Shown here one piece after another: positions 39,602 to 49,490 of a DNA stretch of 64,000 nt. Each line of letters starts with the position of its first letter. Position 1 is the first letter of the stretch. Source of the stretch: Candidatus Latescibacterota bacterium. GTDB taxonomy: Bacteria > Latescibacterota > UBA2968. A program made the position numbers and the translations under genes. The notes under the pieces are model-generated. The model saw only the letters and a program-made list of their open reading frames with translations, had not been told where the DNA came from and searched no databases. The stretch lies in NCBI GenBank assembly GCA_965204375.1, contig OZ241986.1:5088001-5152000 (forward strand), given 5' to 3'.

Positions 39602-40450
39602 ATGTCTAACCCATTATTACCCACGACCAATGCCGACGGCTTGCCCGTCGTGCCCATGAGTGAAGAGCAGAAATACACATTTGACCTCAAGGGATGGATC
39701 TGTTTGCCCGGCTTGCTCACCGAAGAAGAACTCATACCCGTGCGCGAACACCAGATGAAATTCCTGAACGAAGGCGAAACACTGCCCCCCGATGAACGCG
39801 ACAATCACGGCGGCGCATCGCAAATACTACTTGACCACCCGGTTGTGGTCGGCGTATTAAACGAAATCATCTCACATCAGGCACTGGCAACCGAAGACTG
39901 CTACGGATTTCGGTTCGACCATACGTACACCAGCCATCGACGAGTCGGTCACGACAACTTTCGCCCCCATGGCGGGGGTGGATACTTCAACTTCTGCGGC
40001 AACTCGCACATCTATCAAATGCAACCCGGGAAAATTCACGCGGGATTGATCCGCGTCGTCTGGGAATTGAACGAAGTACGAGAGGGCGACGGCACCATGT
40101 TCTTATCGGGTAGTCACAAAGCCGCATTCCCGCGCCCCGAAGCCCTGAGCGGACGCAAAAGCGACCTGTGGGACACGTATTCCTGCGTTGCGGGATCCGC
40201 AGTAATCTTCACCGAAGCCCTGTGTCATACGGGCACAACATGGGGCAACGAAGAATGGAATCGGTTGAGCCTATTCACCTGTTACAACACCGTAAATGCA
40301 AAATGGGGCAAAAAATGCCCGCCGCCCGAAGTCATTGCCGCCATGCCCCCAAAGCGACAAACCCTGTTCCGCGGCGTCTGGCACGGCATGCGCGAAATAC
40401 CGAATGTGAATAAGTACTACGACGAAGCTAATATCGGGCGCTACGTCTAA
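39602..40450 (+). CDS. phytanoyl-CoA dioxygenase (PhyH)-like protein
   Basis: QKYTFDLKGW, PHGG, GSHKA, AGSAVIFTEALCH. Confidence 0.75.
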   Translation: MSNPLLPTTNADGLPVVPMSEEQKYTFDLKGWICLPGLLTEEELIPVREHQMKFLNEGETLPPDERDNHGGASQILLDHPVVVGVLNEIISHQALATEDCYGFRFDHTYTSHRRVGHDNFRPHGGGGYFNFCGNSHIYQMQPGKIHAGLIRVVWELNEVREGDGTMFLSGSHKAAFPRPEALSGRKSDLWDTYSCVAGSAVIFTEALCHTGTTWGNEEWNRLSLFTCYNTVNAKWGKKCPPPEVIAAMPPKRQTLFRGVWHGMREIPNVNKYYDEANIGRYV

Positions 40451-40468
40451 TAAAAACAGGAGTAACCC

Positions 40469-41113
40469 ATGAACGTATTGATCACCTCGGGCAAAACAGC
40501 ATTGGCCCGGGCACTATCAGCGGATCTGGCAAACGAACACAAGGTCGTCCTGACAGATCTCGTGGAAGTAGAAACAGATTGCGACTTTGTTAAATGCGGA
40601 CTCGGACACGAAGGAGAAACCGAAGCCCTCGTACAGGGAATGGACGCCATTGTACACCTCGCGGAACTGCCCGAAGAACTAAAAAATGATGAACGGGAAA
40701 TAGACTTTCAGACCCGGTGTACTTATAACATCATGCACGCAGCCAAAGAAGAGAACGTACCCCATGTCATCTATATCAGTTCCCTCAGCTTATTCGCGTC
40801 ATGCGACCCCAACTGGAACGTCACAGAAGTCTGGGCACCGCGACCCACAACAGAATCGGGCCCTATGGCGCGCTACCTGGGTGAATTTACCTGTCGAGAA
40901 TTTGCGCGAGAGCATTCAGTCCGCGTAACCTGCTTGCGATTTGGAGATATAGACGGCGATGGCGACACCGCATTGACAATAGAAGACGCGGTAAAAGCCA
41001 TCGGCAAGGCACTCGTGACAGGCGGACCTATGTGGCAGGTATTGCACATGCAATCAGACGTTGAAAATGCACGGTTCTCTACAAACCAGGCAAAGCAAGC
41101 ATTGGGCCTTTAA
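40469..41113 (+). CDS. NAD-dependent epimerase/dehydratase family protein (degenerate)
   Basis: DAIVHLA, TYN, YISS, CLRFG; glycine-rich and YxxxK motifs are altered. Confidence 0.7.
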   Translation: MNVLITSGKTALARALSADLANEHKVVLTDLVEVETDCDFVKCGLGHEGETEALVQGMDAIVHLAELPEELKNDEREIDFQTRCTYNIMHAAKEENVPHVIYISSLSLFASCDPNWNVTEVWAPRPTTESGPMARYLGEFTCREFAREHSVRVTCLRFGDIDGDGDTALTIEDAVKAIGKALVTGGPMWQVLHMQSDVENARFSTNQAKQALGL

Positions 41114-41126
41114 TGACGAGGTAAAC

Positions 41127-41846
41127 ATGAAAGTCGTAATCTACGGAAGCAATGGCCAGTTGGGACCCCACGTAGTCAAAGCTCTGGAAGGACACGTAGA
41201 ACTGCGCTTGACGGACCTTGAGCCATTTGACACCCCGCACGAAATGATGATCGTAGATGTATCAGACCCTGATGCGGTCACGCGCGCGGCAGAGGGAATG
41301 GACGCGATCATCAACCTATCGGTCTTGCGCCCCCACCGACAGATCGCCTTTGACGTGAACACAATGGGATGTTACAACATCATGCGTGCAGCAGTCGCAC
41401 ACGGAATCCCGCGGGTCATCAACACAGGACCCCACTTCACCGTACAGGGCGCACCCTACGAGGCATTGGATTACCACATCGGTCCCGATGTCCCACCCAA
41501 ACCCAGCACAAATCTATACGCCCTATCCAAGGGCCTGGGACAAGAAATCTGCCGAATCTTTGCCGAGCAGAGCGACGTCTATGTATTGTGTTATCTATTC
41601 TACATCTTCTGCTATCACGACGACCTGTCAAGACCCGGACTGAACCGTCCATTTCTCGTAACATGGCGAGATGCGTCAGCGGCATTCTTGCCGGGCCTGA
41701 CCATCGACCTCAAAACACTGCCCTCGCAATGCGAAGTCTTCAACATCTTTGCAAATCGACCACACCAGAAGTTCTCAAACGAAAAAGCAAAGCGCATCCT
41801 GGGATGGCAGCCGAAAGATGACTTAGAGCATACGTATCTCAAATAG
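41127..41846 (+). CDS. NAD-dependent epimerase/dehydrogenase (uronate dehydrogenase-like)
   Basis: GSNGQLG, YALSK, AKRILGWQP. Confidence 0.82.
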   Translation: MKVVIYGSNGQLGPHVVKALEGHVELRLTDLEPFDTPHEMMIVDVSDPDAVTRAAEGMDAIINLSVLRPHRQIAFDVNTMGCYNIMRAAVAHGIPRVINTGPHFTVQGAPYEALDYHIGPDVPPKPSTNLYALSKGLGQEICRIFAEQSDVYVLCYLFYIFCYHDDLSRPGLNRPFLVTWRDASAAFLPGLTIDLKTLPSQCEVFNIFANRPHQKFSNEKAKRILGWQPKDDLEHTYLK

Positions 41847-41866
41847 GGGACTTTTTTCTTTGGTCA

Positions 41867-41891
41867 ATTCTGCAGACAGTGTCTGCAGAAT
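41867..41891. repeat. perfect 12-bp inverted repeat with 1-nt spacer
   Basis: attctgcagaca-g-tgtctgcagaat, further flanked by ttggtca/tgaccaa. Confidence 0.8.
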
Positions 41892-41965
41892 CTTCCCTGA
41901 CCAATATCGCCAAGATGTTGTCAAATGGTGTGGATAAAGTCAGAGCGCATCATTGAATTAAAGCG

Positions 41966-41996
41966 TGAACTGGCCTGGACCAGTTGTACCCCGTCC
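41966..41996 (+). repeat. dispersed hairpin element copy D
   Basis: tgaactggcctggaccagttgtaccccgtcc shares both ends with copy A. Confidence 0.8.
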
Positions 41997-42117
41997 CAAT
42001 GCAGATTCTTGCCGATTATACCCCGATGCTGTAATTTGTTAAAAAGGCCGCAAATGCCTATAATACGGAAACCCGAATTGATTGATAATTATATGATAGT
42101 CGATAGCGGAGACATAC

Positions 42118-43827
42118 ATGGCACTTCATAGTGCTGAGCAAAATGTCGCAAACAAGCAACTGTTGAATGCTCTGGTGGCGGATCCTACTCACCCCGAAAT
42201 TTCGCGGATCAATCCTCGCCGTCTCCTGGGGGCGTACTACACCCCCGACGCGCTTGCAAGCATTTTGGCAACCTGGGCACTCGCGCCTGGGAGAGGCAAT
42301 GTCCTGGACCCGAGCTTTGGCGGGTGTGCGTTCCTTAATGCAGCGACGACTATCTTGGCTTCCAGAGGGATTTCAGAACCCGGTGAGCGGGTCTTCGGTG
42401 TTGATGTGGACCCGTCATGTATGGAGTATGTACGCAAGGATCGGAATCTCGTCGAAAAGAACTGCATTATTCAAGACTTTCTCAGCTTGTCTCCGAAGGA
42501 TATATCCGGGGCACCGTTTCACGCCATAATCGGCAATCCCCCCTATGTGCGTCACCACTGGTTCAATGGAGCGACCCGAAAGGCAGGCCGGGTAGCCATG
42601 GCTGCCGCAGGAGTGACACTTCCCGAAACTGCGAGTGCCTGGGCATATTTTTTAATTCATACACTGAGCTTTATCGCGAAGAACGGCCGGCTCGCAATGC
42701 TCGTTCCGGAAGCAATCCTTCAGGCTGATTACGCCACTGTCGTCAGGGACTTGCTCACATCCCGTTTTGATCATGTTTGTCTGGTTCACATTCGCGACCG
42801 TCTATTTGAAGGTACAGACGAAGCCGTGGTCGCAGTCGCTGCTTCACAATATGGCGGTAAAAAAGGATCCTTGCGCGTTGAAGCTGTCGAGCGGTCTGAG
42901 GACTTAGAAGCTATCCTGAACACCCCAAAAGGCAGGATTTCTACTTCCCATTTGACAACCCAAAAAGGACGCCGCATTGACCCGCTGACTGTCCAATTGC
43001 TCGGCGAATTGGAGCAACATTCTGCAGTCAAGAAGATCTCCGATGTCGCAACCGTAAGCATTGGTTTGGTCACCGGTGCTAACAAACACTTCATCCGTAA
43101 TGCCAAAAACTTGAAACAACTTGGTATTCCTCACGAGTCTTGTGTACGACTAATTTCTCGTACGCGATGGCTATCAGGACTGGATTTTACTAAAGAGGAT
43201 CTCCAGAAACTCGTTGACGCTGACCAACAAGCCATCCTGGTTCAGCCCACGCCAGCGTGCGAAAATGCTCCCGGCATCAAGCAGTGGATTGCCGAGGGGA
43301 GGGAGGCCAGTATTCACGAACGATATAAATGCACCATACGCGATCCCTGGTTTCGTGTCGATCCAAAGCCCGTACCGGACGCCTTCGCTACATGCGCCCG
43401 TATGGGTGCTCCCTTGCTCGTCCTTAACCAGGCCGGTTGCCAATGTACCAATGCCCTCCATGCGATGTATTTGAATTGCAAAAGCGTTGCCTCTCTACCA
43501 GCCATCGCTGTGGGGTTCCTAACGAGTGTCGTGAGTGTCTGGGCCGAACTCCACGGACGTCGGTACGGAGGAGGCGTCTTGAAGATAGAACCCGGCACGC
43601 TGAATAGAACGCCGGTACCGATGGTTCAGCGTGCGGAAGACGCCTTTAATGAATTGAATAAACTCATTCGAGATGGGCAAGAAGCCGAAGCAAGAAAACG
43701 GGCGGACGATCTCGTTCTTGGAGATCAATTGGGCTTGCCAAAGAAAGATATTCAGCGGCTACAGCAGGCACACATCCAGTTGATGACCCAACGCCGTCCC
43801 ACCAGGAATGGAACCAGCCATGGCTAA
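42118..43827 (+). CDS. N6-adenine-type DNA methyltransferase (Eco57I/gamma-class-like)
   Basis: GAYYTP, LDPSFGGCAFL (motif I), GVDVD, GNPPY (motif IV), IGLVTGAN, GRRYGGGVLKIEP. Confidence 0.9.
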   Translation: MALHSAEQNVANKQLLNALVADPTHPEISRINPRRLLGAYYTPDALASILATWALAPGRGNVLDPSFGGCAFLNAATTILASRGISEPGERVFGVDVDPSCMEYVRKDRNLVEKNCIIQDFLSLSPKDISGAPFHAIIGNPPYVRHHWFNGATRKAGRVAMAAAGVTLPETASAWAYFLIHTLSFIAKNGRLAMLVPEAILQADYATVVRDLLTSRFDHVCLVHIRDRLFEGTDEAVVAVAASQYGGKKGSLRVEAVERSEDLEAILNTPKGRISTSHLTTQKGRRIDPLTVQLLGELEQHSAVKKISDVATVSIGLVTGANKHFIRNAKNLKQLGIPHESCVRLISRTRWLSGLDFTKEDLQKLVDADQQAILVQPTPACENAPGIKQWIAEGREASIHERYKCTIRDPWFRVDPKPVPDAFATCARMGAPLLVLNQAGCQCTNALHAMYLNCKSVASLPAIAVGFLTSVVSVWAELHGRRYGGGVLKIEPGTLNRTPVPMVQRAEDAFNELNKLIRDGQEAEARKRADDLVLGDQLGLPKKDIQRLQQAHIQLMTQRRPTRNGTSHG

Positions 43828-46141
43828 GTTCACTGTTGACACCCACTTGTTCCGAGAACTTGGGGAACTACTGGTCGGGCGCGACTCCACAGCCTTGATC
43901 GAACTGATCAAGAACGCCTATGACGCAGATGCGACCGAAGTCACTGTATATGGTGAGCGACTCGATAATCCAGAAGAGGGACATATCCTGGTAACGGACA
44001 ACGGCGTGGGCATGAATACGGAAGCGTTCACGAAAGGTTTTCTGAGAGTTGCTTCGCGTCTGAAGGAACTGGGCGAGCGGCGGTCCATCCTGTTTCAACG
44101 CCGTTACACCGGTGCGAAAGGAATTGGCCGGCTCGCTGCTCATAAGCTTGCGAAAAAACTCGAAATTGATAGCGTGCCACGGCTCTCTGAATTGAATGGG
44201 ACTCGAGAAGCCCTGAATGCCACAATAGATTGGGACGCGATTGAGCAGTACGAAACCCTGGATGAACTTGACTCTACCGATGCGATTCTTCTGAAAACGA
44301 AGCCTATACTCGAGAACACACATTCAGGAACGGCACTCCTTCTATCGCGGTTGCGACGAGCCTGGACCGAGACTGAGCGTGCCAGATTTTTGGCTGAGGT
44401 CCAATCATTTGATCCTCCGTCATTTCTGTGTGAGCCACTCCCGCGATCAATTATCGAAGAGCCATTGCTGTTCGACACACCAGTTGTACGAGACCAGGGT
44501 TCCGATGCCGAAACCTCTTCATTCCGGGTGAACCTTGAAGGGGACTTTGCCGCAGGTGAGGACTACTGGATGCTTATCGCAGAAATGGCTAATTGGATAC
44601 TGGAAATCCGGACGGATCCCAATAACGGACACATAGGCTTTGCAATTGCTCCTACGAAGAGTAAACTGAGGGAAAATCCCAAGATTGAGGCATTCTATCA
44701 CTCCATACCTCATCCTGCACCCGAGCGTGGCCCGCACTTCAATGCGCGTATTTTTGTGAGAGAGGGAGCTCCAAAACTTACCCGAGATCAGCGGGTATGG
44801 GCTACGAACACCAGTGGCGTTCGAGTTTATCTGGAAGGGTTTCGCGTCCTGCCGTATGGAGAATCGAAAGACGATTGGCTCTCCATTGACGCGGACTATA
44901 CGAGACGCCCACGGCAGCTCGAAATGCTCAAGGATATTGGACTCGGCACGGAAGTTTCCGACCCTGATATTGGGCTTGTTCGTGTACCGAGCAACAATTA
45001 CTTCGGTGCGATTTTTCTCACCCAAAACCGCTGTCCTGACATGCGAATCCTGGTGAATCGAGAAGGATTTGTCCCAGAGGCGAGTTTCGAAACCCTGGTG
45101 CAGTTGGTGCGAATGGGCATAGACTTCCTGACTCGCGAGCGTGCAGCAGAGTCCTACGAACGTCGCCAACAACGAAGGGAAAAACGGCGTAGGGGTTCTA
45201 TAAAGGACGATCCCCCTCAGAGTTCCACCGATATAAGTCAGGTGACCAGCGAAAATATTGAAGCACCTGTGTTTTTGGAGCGAATTCAGGAAGCAACACA
45301 TTTAGTAAAAAAAGCTGGTGAACACCTTACCGGCGATGACAAAGACGCGACTAATGCGGCTATGCAGAAGTTGGATGAGGTGAAAATACTCGCTGAAGAT
45401 TATGAAGATTTGATTTCAGAACACATGCTCTTGTATGTCCTCGCATCTGTGGGAACTCAGATGGCCGCGTTCGTACATGAGATCAACGCCTTACTCGGAG
45501 CATCACAAACCATTGAGCTGGTACTTGAAGGGGTACTTGCTGAGGATGGTCTATCGCTTGATGAAAGGCGCAGATTCAGGCGTACCTTAAATGTTGCGAC
45601 AGAACTCAAACGCAGTCTGGAACGTCAAGCCTCTTATTTGATGGATGTCGTGACTGTTGATGCACGCCGCCGCCGGTCTCGCCAACGTTTATGTGAACGA
45701 TTCGATGCTGCGGTTCGCCTTGTGCAGCATCAAGCAGAACGCCGAGGCATCAAAATTGACAATCGAATTCCTTCCGAATTGCGGTCTCCCCCGATGTTTC
45801 CCGCCGAGATTACAGCGATATTCGCCAATCTTCTGACAAATGCGGTTAAAGCCGCTGGAGAGGATGGACATATCTTCGCTTCAGCATCCAGTGGAGATGA
45901 TCAAGTTCGAATTCGCATCCAGAATACTGGTACTGCCGTCCAACTTGACGAGGCTGAGCGTTGGTTCAAACCCTTCCAGTCAACGACATCTGAAGTAAAC
46001 CCCGTGCTAGGCCAAGGGATGGGACTGGGACTGACCATTACACGGAACCTGTTGGAGAACTATGGAGCAGTTGTGAAATTCATCCAGCCAGATAGCCCGT
46101 TTGCAACTGCGGTCGAAATAGCCTTGCCAAGTAGGAGTTAG
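43820..46141 (+). CDS. MORC/MutL-like GHKL ATPase fused to a histidine kinase
   Basis: N-terminal ELIKNAYDADA, DNGVGM, GAKGIGRLA; C-terminal FVHEIN (H-box), NLLTNAVK, FQSTT, GMGLGL. Confidence 0.88.
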   Translation: MAKFTVDTHLFRELGELLVGRDSTALIELIKNAYDADATEVTVYGERLDNPEEGHILVTDNGVGMNTEAFTKGFLRVASRLKELGERRSILFQRRYTGAKGIGRLAAHKLAKKLEIDSVPRLSELNGTREALNATIDWDAIEQYETLDELDSTDAILLKTKPILENTHSGTALLLSRLRRAWTETERARFLAEVQSFDPPSFLCEPLPRSIIEEPLLFDTPVVRDQGSDAETSSFRVNLEGDFAAGEDYWMLIAEMANWILEIRTDPNNGHIGFAIAPTKSKLRENPKIEAFYHSIPHPAPERGPHFNARIFVREGAPKLTRDQRVWATNTSGVRVYLEGFRVLPYGESKDDWLSIDADYTRRPRQLEMLKDIGLGTEVSDPDIGLVRVPSNNYFGAIFLTQNRCPDMRILVNREGFVPEASFETLVQLVRMGIDFLTRERAAESYERRQQRREKRRRGSIKDDPPQSSTDISQVTSENIEAPVFLERIQEATHLVKKAGEHLTGDDKDATNAAMQKLDEVKILAEDYEDLISEHMLLYVLASVGTQMAAFVHEINALLGASQTIELVLEGVLAEDGLSLDERRRFRRTLNVATELKRSLERQASYLMDVVTVDARRRRSRQRLCERFDAAVRLVQHQAERRGIKIDNRIPSELRSPPMFPAEITAIFANLLTNAVKAAGEDGHIFASASSGDDQVRIRIQNTGTAVQLDEAERWFKPFQSTTSEVNPVLGQGMGLGLTITRNLLENYGAVVKFIQPDSPFATAVEIALPSRS

Positions 46142-46143
46142 CC

Positions 46144-47283
46144 TTGATTACAAAAAATAGTGAGAAGCCGTCCATTCTTGTCATTGATGATGAACCTGAC
46201 AAACTGCGCGATAAAGTCGCTATAGATGTAAAAGGCCGTGCAGTGACCGATGTATTCCATCCTCACGACATCGAAATCTCGGACTTGGAGAGTGCTGATA
46301 TAGTTTTAGTAGACTATAGGCTGGAAAATTGGCCAGAGCGAGACGCGCAGGTAGTATCACTCAGTCCCCCAAACGGAATAGCACTTGCGGTTGCGTTGCG
46401 AGAGAAGATGGACCAATCAAAAAAAGACAAATTAACGGCATTTGCGTTACATACGGGTCATATTGAAGATATTCAGGGGCGACTTCCATTAGCGACTGCC
46501 CAGCATGTTCGTGCACAACTGAACAATCTGGAATGGGTGTTTATGAAGAATGAGCCCCATCGTTACGACCAAATGCTCCTTCTTGCGGACGCTGTTCGGC
46601 AACTTCCTGCCCAATGGCCTGAGGATTCGCATAGCTCGGCTTCAATGGTGCAAAAGTTTCTCGATATGGATGAGGACGATAACTCGTTTGAACGCTGCTG
46701 GCGCGACGTTAAAGATTGCCGAGTGCCTGTTGAGGAGTTGTTCATGAAAGGGCACAGCATCCTATTTATTCGATGGTTGCTCCATCAAATACTGCCGTAT
46801 CCATGCTTTCTGTGGGCAAAGCACTGGGTTGCGGCGCGCTTTGGGATTACCGTTAAGGCTCTGGACAAAGTAGTTGAGGGGAATAGCCTTCTGGCGAAAG
46901 ACTTGGAGTCCATGCGCTATTCTGGGATTCTCGCGGGATTTTTAGGAGATAGGTGGTGGCGTGGTGCTATTGAGGACTACGCCTGGAATTTAGTAGAAGG
47001 ACACACAGCTAATGTACAGCAGTTGCGAGATGCTTTAGCCGAGCGTGCAGGTATGGATTTGGATCCAATCAAAGTCACTCCTGCAGTAGTTTGCGTAGAT
47101 ACGGACTGGCAGCCCGCCGCCGAGTTTCTATCGCCAATGACTGCCATAACCCTCCACCCCGACCACTGGCCCCCGTTTGCCGATTCAGCCTATATGGACA
47201 TCAAAATCGTTCGGGATGATTCTATTCTGAAATCAATGGTGGACCCACTTGACCAGCATCGCATTGATAGTGACATAGAATAG
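46144..47283 (+). CDS. receiver-domain protein with unknown C-terminal domain
   Basis: ILVIDDE, IVLVDY, NGIAL, LHTG, FMK; TTG start 2 nt after the kinase stop. Confidence 0.75.
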   Translation: MITKNSEKPSILVIDDEPDKLRDKVAIDVKGRAVTDVFHPHDIEISDLESADIVLVDYRLENWPERDAQVVSLSPPNGIALAVALREKMDQSKKDKLTAFALHTGHIEDIQGRLPLATAQHVRAQLNNLEWVFMKNEPHRYDQMLLLADAVRQLPAQWPEDSHSSASMVQKFLDMDEDDNSFERCWRDVKDCRVPVEELFMKGHSILFIRWLLHQILPYPCFLWAKHWVAARFGITVKALDKVVEGNSLLAKDLESMRYSGILAGFLGDRWWRGAIEDYAWNLVEGHTANVQQLRDALAERAGMDLDPIKVTPAVVCVDTDWQPAAEFLSPMTAITLHPDHWPPFADSAYMDIKIVRDDSILKSMVDPLDQHRIDSDIE

Positions 47284-47293
47284 GACGACGAGA

Positions 47294-48022
47294 ATGGCTG
47301 GGTTTCGCTTTCTTTCTGCTGAACTAATCCAAGAGACCGAAGTGCTGACGACCTTGTCAAGGAAGTTCCTTGAACCGAATAGTAGGGAGAAGGTTTTCCC
47401 CAGTTTCCTGAGCAATCTCCGAAACATTGGTGGAAAACCCGAAGAAAGAGTTTATTCTTTAACGCTTCAATGCCTTCGCACAATACCAAGCGATCAGTAC
47501 GACAGGAACCCAGGTAAAGAGATATATGCGGTTATTTCAGGAACTTGGGATTTGCGAAGATTAGGGAAGCGAGAGATAGAATTTTGTGGGATCGCTTCGA
47601 CGAGGATCGAGTTGTACGCTTCGGAAAATCCTGATAAACGCCTGGCAATGTGGCGTCTGGAACTGGGTGCTGAGGACAGCCCGGGCTGCTATGTCCACGC
47701 TCATATTCTGGGAGACTCCGCTGATCCTCCATTTCCGAAGTGGGTGCCCATTCCCAGATTGCCCAGCATCTTCATTACTCCGATGAGTGCTATTGAGTTC
47801 GTCCTGAGTGAACTCTTTCAACGCGATTGGGCTCAAGTGATAGCCAGTCGTAATAAAAATGTAAACCGTTGGCGTAACATTCAAACAGATCGGCTTCAGA
47901 AGTTGTTCTCATGGTACAATGACCAAATGGAAAACGCGGATTCCTCTCCGTGGATGGCATTAAAGGAGGCGAAGCCAAAAAGCGACATATTTCTTCCACA
48001 ATCCGGAAGACGAAGATCGTGA
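47294..48022 (+). CDS. hypothetical protein with HxH motif (DUF2290-like pattern)
   Basis: WRLE...HAHILG...PRLP...TP...EFVL...W; last gene before the terminator. Confidence 0.65.
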   Translation: MAGFRFLSAELIQETEVLTTLSRKFLEPNSREKVFPSFLSNLRNIGGKPEERVYSLTLQCLRTIPSDQYDRNPGKEIYAVISGTWDLRRLGKREIEFCGIASTRIELYASENPDKRLAMWRLELGAEDSPGCYVHAHILGDSADPPFPKWVPIPRLPSIFITPMSAIEFVLSELFQRDWAQVIASRNKNVNRWRNIQTDRLQKLFSWYNDQMENADSSPWMALKEAKPKSDIFLPQSGRRRS

Positions 48023-48053
48023 CAAATTAGTTAGAGCCACATCTTGTCGCACA

Positions 48054-48093
48054 AAGACCAATCAAGATCATTGTTTGATTGGTCTTATTTTTT
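48054..48093 (+). terminator. intrinsic terminator closing the four-gene operon
   Basis: aagaccaatcaa/ttgattggtctt 12-bp stem followed by atttttt. Confidence 0.7.
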
Positions 48094-48236
48094 GAATAAA
48101 TAATCTTATACGCAAAAATGCCATTGCAAACCCCTGTTTTCACCCTTAAATTGCAGACATTTTTTAGTTCGTATCTCCGCACATCTGCTGCCATTTCTCA
48201 CCAATAGTCACAACTCCCGTAATAAGGAGAACAAAA

Positions 48237-49466
48237 ATGAAAATCCGACCCGACCTCGTTCCCGAGACCGAGGGGAACAACCTCGAAGTCATCCAACTCA
48301 CGGATGAATCGGTCCCCTCATCACACATTTACATGGAAGCGCAGATCTTCACGCCCGACTCCCAGCGGCTAATCATTCACCGGTCTGCACATCCCCACGG
48401 CTCTGACCCAAAAGACCCCGAGCACCAGTTCCTCGTCTGCAACATAGAAGACCATTGCAGCTTAACGCCAATCACCACCGAACTCGGAACCACGGGACCA
48501 TCCATCTCCCCAGACGGCGAATGGCTATACTACTTCGTCAACGAAACAGAACCCGGGGGCGGACGCCTAACGCTCAAACGCGTCAAAATGGACGGAACGG
48601 AACGCGACACCATCTATGTCTTGGACCACGACATACCCGACACCAGTTTCAGATTGAGCCGACCGTATCCCCTCTCAACCATCTCATCCGACGGCAAGCG
48701 CATCGCCATCTCGGGATTCCTTGGCGACGGCAAAACCGCAGGCGCGCCCTGGGGCCTCCTCGTCTTTGAAATTGAGGAACCATCTGTACGCCTGATCTTC
48801 CACGGCCCCTCCTGGTGCAATATCCACCCACAATACACGCGCCAAACAGACCCTGTCGCCTCCCATGACATTATGATCCAGGAAAACCACGGCAACACCG
48901 CATCGCCCGACGGCAGCGTAGAAACGCTCGTCAGCGGGCGGGGTGCAGACATCCACCTGATCCGGGACGACGGCACGGCACTGCGCGACTTTCCCTGGGG
49001 ACGGGATGGAAATGAATTCTGCCAGGGACATCAATGCTGGCAGGGACAAAGCGACATCGCCATCACCAGCACGAGTACACGCGAACCCGCTGAAAGACAA
49101 CTCATCTCGGGACGCGCCGTGGCTCACGTCGGAGATGAAGGCATCAACACCCCGGGCGGATGGCGAAACGACCTGTCCCGCTCCTTCGACACACCCGACT
49201 TCTGCCACTTTGCAACAGACATCGACGGGAAACGGCTGATTACGGACGCAGGTCCGATAGATGCGGGCGGAGCCGTCTGGCTATTCGACCTTCCCGAAGA
49301 AGAGGAAGGCGCGCTCGCAAATGCGCGCAAAGTCGCAGACCCCGGATCCTCCTGGCAAAAACACACGCACATCCATCCCTTCCTCTCCCCGGATGGACGA
49401 TCGGGCTTCTTCAACTCCGATGAAAGCGGCATACTACAGGCGTATATGGTGCGCGGTTGGTCTTAA
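48237..49466 (+). CDS. beta-propeller protein (oligogalacturonate lyase/TolB-like)
   Basis: HIYME..FTPD, ISPDG, GHQCW, HIHPFLSPDG, FNSD. Confidence 0.7.
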   Translation: MKIRPDLVPETEGNNLEVIQLTDESVPSSHIYMEAQIFTPDSQRLIIHRSAHPHGSDPKDPEHQFLVCNIEDHCSLTPITTELGTTGPSISPDGEWLYYFVNETEPGGGRLTLKRVKMDGTERDTIYVLDHDIPDTSFRLSRPYPLSTISSDGKRIAISGFLGDGKTAGAPWGLLVFEIEEPSVRLIFHGPSWCNIHPQYTRQTDPVASHDIMIQENHGNTASPDGSVETLVSGRGADIHLIRDDGTALRDFPWGRDGNEFCQGHQCWQGQSDIAITSTSTREPAERQLISGRAVAHVGDEGINTPGGWRNDLSRSFDTPDFCHFATDIDGKRLITDAGPIDAGGAVWLFDLPEEEEGALANARKVADPGSSWQKHTHIHPFLSPDGRSGFFNSDESGILQAYMVRGWS

Positions 49467-49490
49467 ACAAAACTGAAAGGAGATACCAAA

